This document shows positions 1 to 11,346 of a stretch of DNA of 64,000 nt, in pieces. This stretch comes from Chiloscyllium plagiosum. Taxonomy: Eukaryota. The stretch lies in the NCBI RefSeq assembly GCF_004010195.1, contig NC_057718.1, positions 63,719,905 through 63,783,904 of the forward strand, written 5' to 3'. The notes below the pieces were generated by a model, which searched no databases, was not told the origin of the DNA, and worked only from the letters and a program-made list of their open reading frames with translations. A program made the position numbers and the translations under genes. The stretch's first letter is position 1. Each line of letters opens with the position of its first letter.

Positions 1-430
1 GTTCACTTGGTCTCTTTCTTTATTCTTCAAAGCTGCACAATTGTGCATATTCTTTAAATCTGAATTCGACAGAGGTAGAATTTGAAAAGTTGGAGGCTTG
101 ATTAAATTTTCATATTTGTGGTGACTGCAGGAATAATAGGCTTGATTTCCAGTGCACTTTCTCAATGAGTCATGACAAGTTGAATCACGAGATCAGAATT
201 TTAGCTGTTTCTATTACTCCGCATTATTTGAAGTGTGCCTTAACTTCCTTGTATCTTAGCAACACAAAAGGAAGGATCAATCAAATCTCGAATGGCCTTT
301 TTGCTCCGCAGATGAGCATTGACCTTTATTTTTGACTACATTGTGTTTGTTTTAAATAAAGTTTTGCTTATGGAAAGCAAAATCATATTTTGTGCATATT
401 GGAAAATGGTCAAAATGTTCAAAAAAGTAT

Positions 431-616
431 ACAATCACACAACACCAGGTTATAGTCCAACAAGTTTATCTGGAAGCACTAGCTTTCGAAGCACTGCCAA
501 TCCATGAAGAAGCAGCGCTTCGAAACTTAGTGCTTCCAAATAAACCTGTTGGACTCTAACCTGGTGTTGTAATTTTTAAACTTGGTCCACCCCAGTCCAA
601 CACCAGCTCCTGCGAA
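431..616. mobile_element. Fold-back (inverted dimer) Penelope-like terminal repeat fragment
   Basis: ACAACACCAGGTTATAGTCCAAC...TGTTGGACTCTAACCTGGTGTTGT inverted arms; same family as 6415, 10137 and 44589; flanked by near-direct TTCAAAAA(A)GTAT. Confidence 0.7.
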
Positions 617-697
617 TTCAAAAAGTATGGTACTAACTGAATCCATGAAAATGCAATTTTTTTAGAAGACTTGTTCTTTAAACAATTGTTTTCCATC

Positions 698-806
698 TTG
701 TGGTGCAATGGTAGTATCCCTACCTCTGGTCCAGAAGGCCTGAGTTTAAGTCCCACCTCTTCGAGGAGGTGTGTAAAACATCTCTGCTCAAGTGGATTAG
801 AAAAAT
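698..806 (+). mobile_element. tRNA-derived SINE fragment
   Basis: GTGGTGCAATGGTAG A-box-like and GAGTTTAAGTCCC B-box-like motifs; related copy on minus strand at about 11188-11290. Confidence 0.6.
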
Positions 807-2589
807 ATGGCTAACTTAGAAAATGTACTTGCAAACACATGACAAAATTCATCAGATCCACAAAAGGTAAATTTTGTTGAAAGAGCCTAAGGTAAATGCT
901 CTCAAAAATCAGTAATCTAAAAACCTCATTGTCCAAAAGCTGGGCATCCTTTCAGAATGTGTCACGTTACTTAATGAAAATCAACATACCTGGATAATTT
1001 GGCTAAACATTGCAAGTAACCACAATTATCATTTTTACCATTTATCCACACAGTTTTACTCCAGCACCTGAGGGGCTCTTAACCCCATCTAACCCAAAAT
1101 GGCCTGAATTGTTCACAGCATCCAACTCAGTCCAATATCACTAGCTTTGAGACAGTACACCTGTATTACATTACTAATGCATGTAACCTGGAGCATTCTT
1201 GCATCCTGGAGAAATGGAAGCCAAAAAGTCATCAGTACAATAGTCTGTCTTTGTTGGTTTTAACATGCAAAGTTATTGAATACACAAAAGGAGGGCAAAC
1301 ATTGCATATATTTATACAGCCACAAAACCTCTGAACAGAATAGTCTCAAGTTATTTTTACAATATGCAGACAGACCAGAACATAAATAAGTGACACAATA
1401 TTGATTCAGACAAAAACAAAGTGGCTACTATGGTAGGGACGAAAGAAAGACAGCAAATCAAATAGCAAACTAAATCACCAGATTGTAAACCAGATTTCTC
1501 TGCTCCTACTGAATCTATGGTCAAACATTCAACCATGACCAATGAGATCTGGGAAACCAAACTAGCTCTCAATGTAATAATATCCTTAAGGTTCTTCTTC
1601 AAAGAATCGTACTAGAAAGGTTCAATTATTGTAGAAAAACTTAAACATCTGAATTGATCAACATTTGAAATGCTCCACACTGTAGACATTTGCTTGTAAT
1701 TTACAATAGAGGCCATCACCTTAACATCTAAACCCATCCTCAGTGTTAGTTGCTAATGCATATGAAGGGTTTTTCAAACCAATTTTCTTAAAGTTATTTT
1801 GAAGGCTAGTACAAGACGATAGCAAGAAACTAGATTTTTTCAGTATAAATTCAGCCATATAGTGTAAAGCAAAAAGCAGGTACACTCTTGTACTTTTGAA
1901 TCCAAGAAAGATTTGCTTAAAAGAAGTTCTCCCATATCAAATTCCAAAAGTCAGAATTGTGCTCAATCATACCATCAAGGGCCTCAAGCAGTCCATTTGG
2001 AAAAGTTACATCCTTTTGATCCTTGGACACTAGTTATTATAAAATGAGATGTATAAGATCGTCATTTTTGTGACTGCATGTTTAAATTTATGGTTAAAAA
2101 AAATTATGAGAACTGTTCTGCTGTCTGCATGATAACAGATCTGGGTTACATTAAAGTTGAAAAGGAAAGTCAGAGATGTCTTGCTGAAAATAAGATGCAA
2201 GGTGTTCATATTTGGAGACAACGGCAGCATTTTTTTTCCTGGTTAGCCTGCTACTCTTCAAATGCCCAGGAAAGTGAAGAATGTCTCGTTGTAAACAGTT
2301 ATACTTTAAACTGTCTATTTACTTCCAAGATAAAAGGGAGTTGGTGTTACATTAATAGTTAGTCGGCATGTTGCCTGAATACAAGGCCCATGTGATTCAT
2401 GTTCTCTTGAAGATGGGCTTTTGAGATAGTAAGGGTTTCCAATAATATCCACAGAATTCTCTGGTAGGTTGATTCACAAGAATCCAGGAGAGAAGCAGCA
2501 AGAGACTGAAAATCTAGACCAAAATTTATGAGCATTTAAAATGAGTACAAGAGTATGGAGATAATATTTAACTAGTGCAAGACTAGTTA

Positions 2590-4130
2590 ACTAGTGCTAG
2601 AGAGTACTGTTCAGGGCATCACATTATAAAATTACTGGATTGCATTGGAGAGAATGAGGGGAAACAGTCTGCAAGAATGGTTCCAGGTATGAGGAACTTC
2701 AGTTATGAGGACAGATTAGGCCTGTACTCCTTCAAGTGAATGCAACAAACAGGAGATCTGATTGAGGACTTCAAATTCAACAGTGAGACAGACAAAGTAG
2801 TTATGGATAGGAAACTGTTCCTGCTCCTGGCAACCCCTCCTGCACTTTCCATGAACCTGGGCTGATCCCCTGGCTTGATGGTAAAGGTTCAGTGGGGGAT
2901 ATGCTGGTTATGAAGTGCACATTGAGTTAGGAGTATGAGTCTACTGTTGCTGATGGTCCACATCACCTCATTAGATACCCAGACATTTTGCTAGATCTAC
3001 TTGAAATATGCCCTAATAGCAATAAGGTAATGTCACACAATACAAACGAGGATATTCTTAATGTGAAGGTGGGACTTTGTCCACTCCAAGGAACTTGCGG
3101 TGGTCACTCGACTGATACAGTCACAGAGAGATGCAACTGCATCAGACAATGTGGTGAAGGGGAGGTCAAATATGTATTTCTTTCACCACCTACAAAAGAC
3201 CCAGTCGAGCAACTACAGCCTTTATGACTCAATCACTTGATCAGTCATGCCACTCCTGCAAGTGGACAATCCCTCATCCAGAGTACATTATGCACCCTTT
3301 ATTTTCTTAACTAGGGTGCAGGTATGAGGAGAATGCGCAAACTCCACACAGACAGACAGTCACCAGAGACTGGAATTGAACCCAGGTCCCTGGCGCTGTG
3401 AGGCAGCAGTGCTAACCACTGAGCCACTGTGCTGCCCATTCTGCACCCTTAGTGCTTCCTCCAAATGATGGTCAACAATGGAGAATTACTGACTCATTAG
3501 TTGATGGAGGGCAGTATATGGTAATCAGCAGGAGGTTCCCTTGCTTATGTTCAACCTGATGTCATGAGACTTAATGGGGACTAGAGTCAATGTTGAGCAC
3601 CCCAAGGGCAACTCCCTCCTGACGGTAATACCCTCAATACCATTACTTCTATTGGTTCTGTTCTGCCAGTAGGACAGGACACATCCAGGGATGGGGATGT
3701 CTAGGATATTATCTGCAAAATATTATCCCATGAGTATGACTACATTAAGCGGTTGCTTGACTAGTCTGAGAAAGCTTTCCCAATTTTGACAGTAGCCAAA
3801 AATATTAGCAAGGACAACTTTGCAGGGTCGACAAGGCTATTTTTGCCATTACCATTTCTATTGCCTAGGTTGATGCCAGGTTGATTTCTTTGATAAGACA
3901 TCATAGTGATGATACGATGGGCCAGTTTGCTCGGATAGCTGAGAGTCAACCATATTGCTCTTTCAAACCATATTTAGGCCAGGCCACGAGAGGATAGCAG
4001 ACTTTCTTCCCTAAAAGGACATTCATAAACCAGATGGATTTTTCCAACAATCGACAATAGTCTTGTAGCCGTTATTAAACTCTTAATTCTAGATATTTTA
4101 TTGAATTCAAATTCCACTATTTGAGATGGC
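2590..4130. mobile_element. Decayed CR1-type LINE fragments (+ at about 2590-2825, - at about 2830-4130) with a nested SINE piece at about 3327-3437
   Basis: Similar to the CR1-type fragments at 44000-44575, 56240-57760 and 63150-63860; many stops. Confidence 0.55.
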
Positions 4131-4325
4131 CATTCATAATAGTTTACCTATAGGTAGACCCTACTTACTTTTAATAAATTTTAGTTTTTGTTAAGAACAG
4201 AAACCTGTTCCATGCTTTCCATCATTCTAGGTCTAAAAGATGGATAAATTGGAGAATTTGGCACACATTTTAAAATATTTATCTTTCATAATGAATCCAG
4301 AATCGTGGGGCTTGATTTCCAGTGT

Positions 4326-4542
4326 CTGGATTAGTAGTGCTGGAAGAGCACAGCAGTTCAGGCAGCATCCAAGGAGCTTCGAAATCGATGTTTCGGGCAA
4401 AAGCCCTTATGCCTGATGAAGGGGCTTTTGCCCGAAACGTCGATTTCGAAGCTCCTTGGATGCTGCCTGAACTGCTGTGCTCTTCCAGCACCACTAATCC
4501 AGAATCTGGTTTCCAGCATCTGCAGTCATTGTTTTTACCTCG
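4326..4542 (+). mobile_element. TSD-flanked fold-back Penelope-derived mini-element with hammerhead-like core
   Basis: 14-bp TSD TTGATTTCCAGTGT (4312-4325, 4543-4556); inverted arms about 4326-4408 / 4420-4502; CTGATGA-A-GGGGC-TTTT-GCCC-GAAAC at 4413-4438. Confidence 0.8.
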
Positions 4543-5049
4543 TTGATTTCCAGTGTACTGAGTCAGAAACAAAACTAATCTGTGAGCTTTTACTTTCTAC
4601 ACTGAACAAAGATGTGGCACTTCATCAAATGCATTTTGGAAATCTAAGTTTATTTGATTCCCTTTTTCCCCCACAGTACAGTAACTAATTTGTCAAAGAT
4701 GATTTTCCTTTCACAAAACAATGTTCTCTCTACCTGATTACTCCAAAGTTATCCAAGTGTCCTGTTATAATATCTTTAATAATAACTTCACGTTTTCTTT
4801 TCAAACTTTAAGCTACTGGTCTGTAGTTTCCAGCTTTATGTCTCCCTTCCTTTTTGAAGGAAAGGAGTTACATTCACTGTCTTCCAACCGAATGAGATCA
4901 TCCCGAAAATCAAGGACGTATGCAAAATTAAAACAAATTTGTCAACTATATCACTCGCTACTTCTTTTAAGAACATTGGATGATGTCTATCAGCTCACAG
5001 CTCCAACAATTTACTGTGTACACTTCTCTGGTAACTGTGATTTCGAGTT

Positions 5050-5830
5050 GATACAATCATAAAAGAGTATAAAAGAGGACCTACAGCCTATCTAACCTGT
5101 ACCACCAAATTTACATTAAATCTACACTAGCCCCCACTTTCCAACATGTAGTCAGTAGCCTGGAAAGCTATAGCAATTCAAATGCTGTTTGAAGTACCTT
5201 TTTTTTAAAAAACAGGCTGTGAGGTTACCCACCTCAACTACTCTCCTAAGTACTGCATTTCAGACTGCCCCAGTGCTCTGGGTAAAAAGAAACACTGCTC
5301 AAGTCCTCTCTAAACCATCTACCTTTCTCCTAAAAAATTATGCCCCCTTGTTACTGACTATACAACTATAGAAAGCAGTTGTTTTCTTTTCAACCTGTCC
5401 ATGCCCTGATAATCTCATACACCTCTATTGAGTTGCCCTTAATGTTTTCTGCTTCCAAGAGAACAACTTGAGTTTATCCAATCTCTCTTCATAGCTAAAG
5501 TACTTCAATCCAGCTGACATCCTGCAAAATCTCCTCCATTCTCCCTCCAGTGCAATCACATCCTTCCTATGATGTAGAGACAAGAACTGCACACTTGACC
5601 AAACTCATCTATAGCTCCAATATAATCTCCCTGCTCTTGCAATCTATGGTTCAACTGTTTAAGACATGTAGTGCCCTGTATGCCTGAACTACCCAACCCC
5701 CACCCCGCCCCAATAACCAGCCTTGCAACCTTCAGGGATTTGTGGACAAGCATCCCAAGATCCTGCTGTTCTCCAGTGTCCTAGTAGCCTACTATCATTG
5801 AATACTCCTTTGTCTTGTTACTCCTTCCTC
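5050..5830 (-). mobile_element. Decayed CR1 LINE 3' fragment
   Basis: Reverse-strand similarity to the CR1 ORF2 C-terminus seen at 47000-47600 (CCAGTGCAATCACATCCTTCCTAT, AGAACTGCACAC). Confidence 0.6.
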
Positions 5831-6414
5831 CCTTCCTTTCACTTCCTGTTTTTACCTCTATTTCTGGGATATTATTACTACTTCTACAGCAAAAACAGAT
5901 GCAAAATGCCTGTTCAATTCATCTTCTATTTCCATATTTTCCATTACTAATTCTCCAATCTGACTTTCTATAGGGCCAATGTTTATTTTGTTAACGCTGT
6001 GAAGTATTCATAGCAACTCACTGGTTTTATTATTTCTTTCTAGATTTCTCTCATTTTCAAACTTTTCCTTATTAGTTTTTTTTTAAATCACTCTTTGCTC
6101 CTTTTTTAAAAAAAAACATTTTATCCAATCTTCGGACCTGCCCCCTGTCTTTGCACAATTAGATACTTTTCCTTCAAGTCTGGTACTATCTTCCACATTT
6201 CTAGTTAATATAGTCATCCCTTGGAATCATTTTTATATATTGGAATCCACCTATTCTGTATATTCTGCAACATCCCCTTAAATGTCTGTCACTGTGTCAA
6301 TTTGTTAATTCTGTTCTCATGCTCTCATAATTGCCCTTATTTAAATTTTATAACATAATCTTGGATATACACCTTTTCCCCCTCAAATGGAATATAAAAC
6401 TCAATTATATTAAA

Positions 6415-7045
6415 AATCTCACAACACCAGGTCATAGTCCCAACAGATTTATTTGGAAGCACGAGCTTTCGGAGGGCTGCCCCTTCATCAGGTGGTTGTG
6501 GAGTATAAGATCGTAAGACACAAAATTTATAGCAAACGTTTACAATATGATGTAATTAACATTATATATTTTAAAAGACCTGGATTGTTTGTTAAGTCTC
6601 TCTTTTGGAATGGGCATGTTGGTTTCAGTTCTTATCCCAGAACTTTCTTAAAGTTCCATTCTCAAGTGAATTTTAACAATAGGTGCCATGTTAGCCCAGA
6701 TAACGCATTGAAGGCGTGAGGTGCCCTGCGTGAGGTTGTCTGTGCCCCAACGATCAGACTGATTCAAATCTAAAAAAGGGATTTACAGAACTTTACATGG
6801 ATTCATGCAGTTTTTGAGCAAAATAAAATGCAATTCTGCAAGTACAAGTTCACCCCATAAACATGTGTGTGTGTGTGTGCACGCGTGTTGTAGGAGGGGG
6901 CATGAGTGTCTGTGAGAGAGTGTGTGGGTGTGTGTGTGTGTGAGAGTGTAAAGGAATAAAAGTCTACGAGAGGGTGTGTGTGGGGGAGTGTATGTGTGAG
7001 CATACAACTTACACACGCAGCTCTCTCTCATACACTCACACATAG
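6415..7045 (-). mobile_element. Penelope-like element 3' region with (TG)n/(CA)n microsatellite and hammerhead-like core
   Basis: Minus strand CTGATGA-A-GGGGC-A-GCCCTCC-GAAAGCTCGTGCTTCC at 6467-6491; same terminal sequence as the 10137 and 44589 copies. Confidence 0.7.
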
Positions 7046-10000
7046 CTTATGAGTTTGGAAACTGCTGCATTACTTGATATAACTTGCAGTTATTGTGCAA
7101 CATTGGAGGATAGCTTGCCACACAGTTAGATTTTTCCCAAGTTGTGTCACAAACACATACTAGTTGTGAACCAGTTGCTATGTGCCTCTTGCAAGCAAGT
7201 GAAAGTACTTGCAGAAGAGAAACAGAGGTCAAAAAGTTCTGGGAAGCCAAAAGGATCATCTCAATGAATAAAGAGATAAGGATCACTGAACGGTCTTCTC
7301 AGGTTTGCCTTCCACTCATAACACCAAAATGTTTCTGCATGTGTGTATGTCTACGTAGGGATTCGTACACAGAGTAATACAATCAACATTCATTATTGTT
7401 TACCTATAGGTAGAATCTAAATAGTAATTCTTGTTATGTTGAGAAAACTGGTTTTGCTTTCTGTTAACTTGGGGTCTTAAAGGAATATTGGAAATTGGTA
7501 AATCTGGTAAACTTTGATAAAATATAACTTTTGTGACAGCTCTAGGAATATCATGCTTGATTTTCAGCATGCTAGCCTAGTGAAAACTACAACAGCTACA
7601 ATGGTGGCAGAGCACACAGGTTATTTCTTCATAACACATGAAGTAAGTTGAACTGGCTGAAGGCTGGCATGTGTGATACTGGGAAACTCCAGAACAGGAT
7701 TACCAGGATCACCCACTCTACAATTCCATCTGAAGAATGTAAAGATAGGGCTGAAGCATCAGCAGCAATGGCTAGTTAGATTCCATACCATTTAATGTGT
7801 AGGAAATGGGTACCTACTCCAGTTAATTGTCTGACTGTCCACCACCATTCAAGACTTGATGTGCTGCATTGAAAAATTTTGACCTGATCTGCTGGTTGCA
7901 GAGTTGGCCTCTGCTGGAGGACAAACCTGGAAAATCATGAGATCTAAAAATCCCAAACTAGAGACATGATCCCAAACTGTAAAACACGAATAGCCAAACC
8001 TCAACATATAGATGAGCTATACAGGTATAAAAGCAGATAATTATAAGATAGCAAAAAAATGTGTGCCAGGTGAACTCTGGCATATTAAAACAGCAAGTAA
8101 CATTATCACAGATAATGGTGAAAGGTAACTGCTATTGCCTTACACAAATCAATAAGACTGGAACAGGCATTATCATAAACAATAGTACAGAGAGAGCATT
8201 CACGCATCCATAAATCCTGAAGCCACATAGACCCATAGGGTTTGGACTGTTTTCTATTCAGGAAACATTATTTCTATCCAGTCCTGTCCAGTCTAGGCCA
8301 TGTCGTGGAATAAACCAAAGATAAAAGGCATGTTAAACATCGGACAATTCAACAAGACAACAATAGGAGATGTATTTGAGATATAACATTACACCAAAAT
8401 GTTACCCTGCAAGTGTCGAAACAGCCAAATGATGACAGCTGGCCATAAACCACAGGACGCGTCACTGATGTCAGCAGGCTGGGAAAGAGAAGGCAAGGAG
8501 ACCGGAAACAAGGAGGCAGTGCGGGGGGAGGCAAAAGGATTTGGAGTGATGGAGTTGAAGCCGACTAGGCAGAGCTTCCCTTTCCCAACTGGGTTTCCAC
8601 AGGAGGTCTCCTCAACCACATTCCATGTCACTCATCCAGCTGTCACACTGCCCAGGAAGGAGCCTGCCCAGGGGCCATACTGCAGTGGCCCTGTTTACAT
8701 GAGGTTTTGGTTATAAAAATAACATACTTGCTCTTCACTAAGACAATACTGTAGTTAACCTTGAATCTGCCTTCTGTAATGACATGCTGAACAATTGAAT
8801 GGAGACTGGCTATCTCTAGATCCAGGCCCACAATCAACAATGGCAATGAGTCATAATAAGCTTCAGCCAAATCAAAGCAGTTTGTACCCTGGTTATTTTC
8901 AAGTTGCAGTCAAATCATGGAAGGGTTTGAACTGTGGTAGTTCATTAAGTTTCAGGCAAATTTGCTCAAAGATTGTGAGAAAAATTCTGGACAAGTCACA
9001 GGACAATTTTTACTGAGGTAGGAATTTTGAGTTCCTTAAAATAAACAATCAATCAATCTGAGTTTGAGTCAAACTGTGCTGTATGCAATTTGTTCTTGTA
9101 ATTCCTGATGTGCAAGAACTATTGTAAGGGGGTGGGATAGAAATAAACTTCCTTACATTATCAATTGCGTGGTACTTCTGCTTTTTAGCATACATGCACT
9201 CCCATTCTATCAATTTCAACAGGTTGATGTTATACTCTTCTGCACTCCTCTGTGAACCAGCTTTGATCCTCTTGCTTGGTAGAGTGAAGATAAGTCAAAT
9301 CACAAGGTTTACAAATTGTAATCAAAAGCAATTCTGTTCCTATTCTTACCAACAGCCCAAATGCCTCATGGATGCCTTATTTTGCTGGATGTGTTCTGAA
9401 TTTATCCCATTGAGGTAGATGGTGGTACCCATACGATGCAAGGTGTCCCTCAGGATGAAATGAGGTTCTATCACCATAGGTTCTATCACCATGTGGTGAT
9501 CATGGACACATGCCTCTGTGACAGGTCAATTAATGAGTGCAAAGCCAAGTAAGTGTTTCTGTCTTTTCTTACTATTAGACGCAGGCCCTGCTGACAGGAA
9601 TGTCCTTCTGGACACGCCCAGCTGAACTCAGTTGTCAGGTTACTGAACCAAGCTGTCGTAGACAATGAGGTCTTCCATGAAGAGTACATTCTGTGCTACC
9701 CCTACTCTTTGTTTTCCTTCTAACTGGTGCTCAACATGAAGTACTGATTCAACAGTTGGGAACATTTTTCAAATTTCACATCTTACATTAATAAATACAA
9801 CTTAGCATGACTTGAAAGATAAAGGATATGTCTTGTAAAAATTCTTGAGGTCCATAAATAGTGGAATATGCAATGACGTTATCTGTGTTACAACACCATA
9901 TTATCAATCATTTCTTAGCAGACTTGATTCAAGTAACAGAAAGTGACATTGCTTCATCTTCCCACACACAATAGTTAATTCCCATCAAAAGGATTAAGCA

Positions 10001-10136
10001 ACAACTGGTTACGAGTAGATGTACACAGTACTGCACAACTAAGAATCAAATTTTAGTTCTTGGGCAGAAAATATCAAAGAAATTAAGTTCACCTGTAATG
10101 GAGAACTTGAGGCTGCTCACTCATCTCTATCCTAAG

Positions 10137-10493
10137 CCCTATCCTAACATATTGTCTAGCTATCACCATTGTTAACAGCTAACCCGAGAATGCAACTTTT
10201 TAAAAAAAAGGTTTTGTGATTTACACATGAAAGAAATGAAACTATCACTGTATTCTAACAGATGAAAGGCTTAACAGACAATCAATTTTTCAACGTATAA
10301 TTTCAGTTACATCACACTGTAAATTTTTGCTATAAATTCTGTGTTAGGATTGAGCCCTCCACTACCACCTGATGAAGGAGCATCGCTCCGAAAGCTAGTG
10401 CGCTTCCAATTAAACCTGTTGGACTATAACCTGGTGTTGTGTGATTTTAAACTTTGTACACCCCAGTCCAACACCGGCATCTCCAAATCATGA
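10137..10493 (+). mobile_element. 5'-truncated Penelope-like element terminal repeat with hammerhead-like core
   Basis: 10-bp TSD CTATCCTAAG (10127-10136, 10494-10503); CTGATGA-A-GGAGC-ATC-GCTCC-GAAA at 10369-10393. Confidence 0.8.
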
Positions 10494-10527
10494 CTATCCT
10501 AAGACAGTTGCCTAATAATTTCAGTTA

Positions 10528-10748
10528 CAGGTCGTTCTTCCATAACACAATGGTTATGTTCTTGTGCAACAGTGTATTATAGAAAAATCACGCTTTAGAA
10601 ATAGTGCTTAAAGTGTTAGTGATGTAATCGTATTACAGCCAACACATGATTAAAAAAGGTTCACACTTTAGAAACGGTGTCCCCAATTCGTCGATTGCCT
10701 TACAGCAAATTCACGTTAACAAAATGCGTGTTATAGCAGAACGACTTG
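10528..10748. mobile_element. Tc1/mariner (Tigger/pogo-like) MITE
   Basis: TA target duplication on both sides; imperfect 21-bp TIRs CAGGTCGTTCTTCCATAACAC / GTGTTATAGCAGAACGACTTG; non-coding interior. Confidence 0.75.
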
Positions 10749-11294
10749 TACAATCTCTCAGTTCAATGATATGCCATTCAGAATGAAGATAGACGTGCAT
10801 GACAACTGGCACAAAGTTTCCTTTTGCTGGTTGTATCAAACATTGACTCATGCCAAGTACATCCAAATTCTAGAAGACAACTGTTTTATTGTTGCTGATG
10901 CACTACTGGGACATTTTCACACTTTACTTTCACACACACACGAATCTTACATCACAGTACAACTCCTCAATTAACCACAAAATAGGATCACAGAATATTG
11001 ACATTTCTTGCAAAGACCATTCTTGCAACTACTCAAGTGAGTTTAACAACACTTGCATCAGGAAGTTATATCATTTAATATGCTGAGCAAAAAGAAACAA
11101 GTTTTGATATGAGACTATTGCATTGAGCAGTGACGCCACTAACATCAAAGATGCCTACAGAAATCTAGTAGGATATAAATTATAGATATTTTCTAATCAA
11201 CCAGCTCAGAGATGGTATTACACACCCCTGGAGCAGGTGGGACTTGAACCCAGGCCTCCTGGTTCAGAGGTGGGGTACAACTACTGCACATACT

Positions 11295-11346
11295 TGGTTA
11301 GTGGTGCTGGAAGAGCACAGCAGTTCAGGCAGCATCTGAGGAGCAG
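11295..11346 (-). mobile_element. 52-bp Penelope-derived insertion at the head of a tRNA-SINE
   Basis: 13-bp TSD TACTGCACATACT (11282-11294, 11347-11359); insert matches one arm of the 4326 element. Confidence 0.8.

Noticed and set aside
1357..2362. Short ORFs in unique AT-rich sequence as possible PDE10A exons
   Set aside because: No match to the expected exon 2 (LTDEKVKAYL...) or GAF/catalytic motifs; frequent stops.
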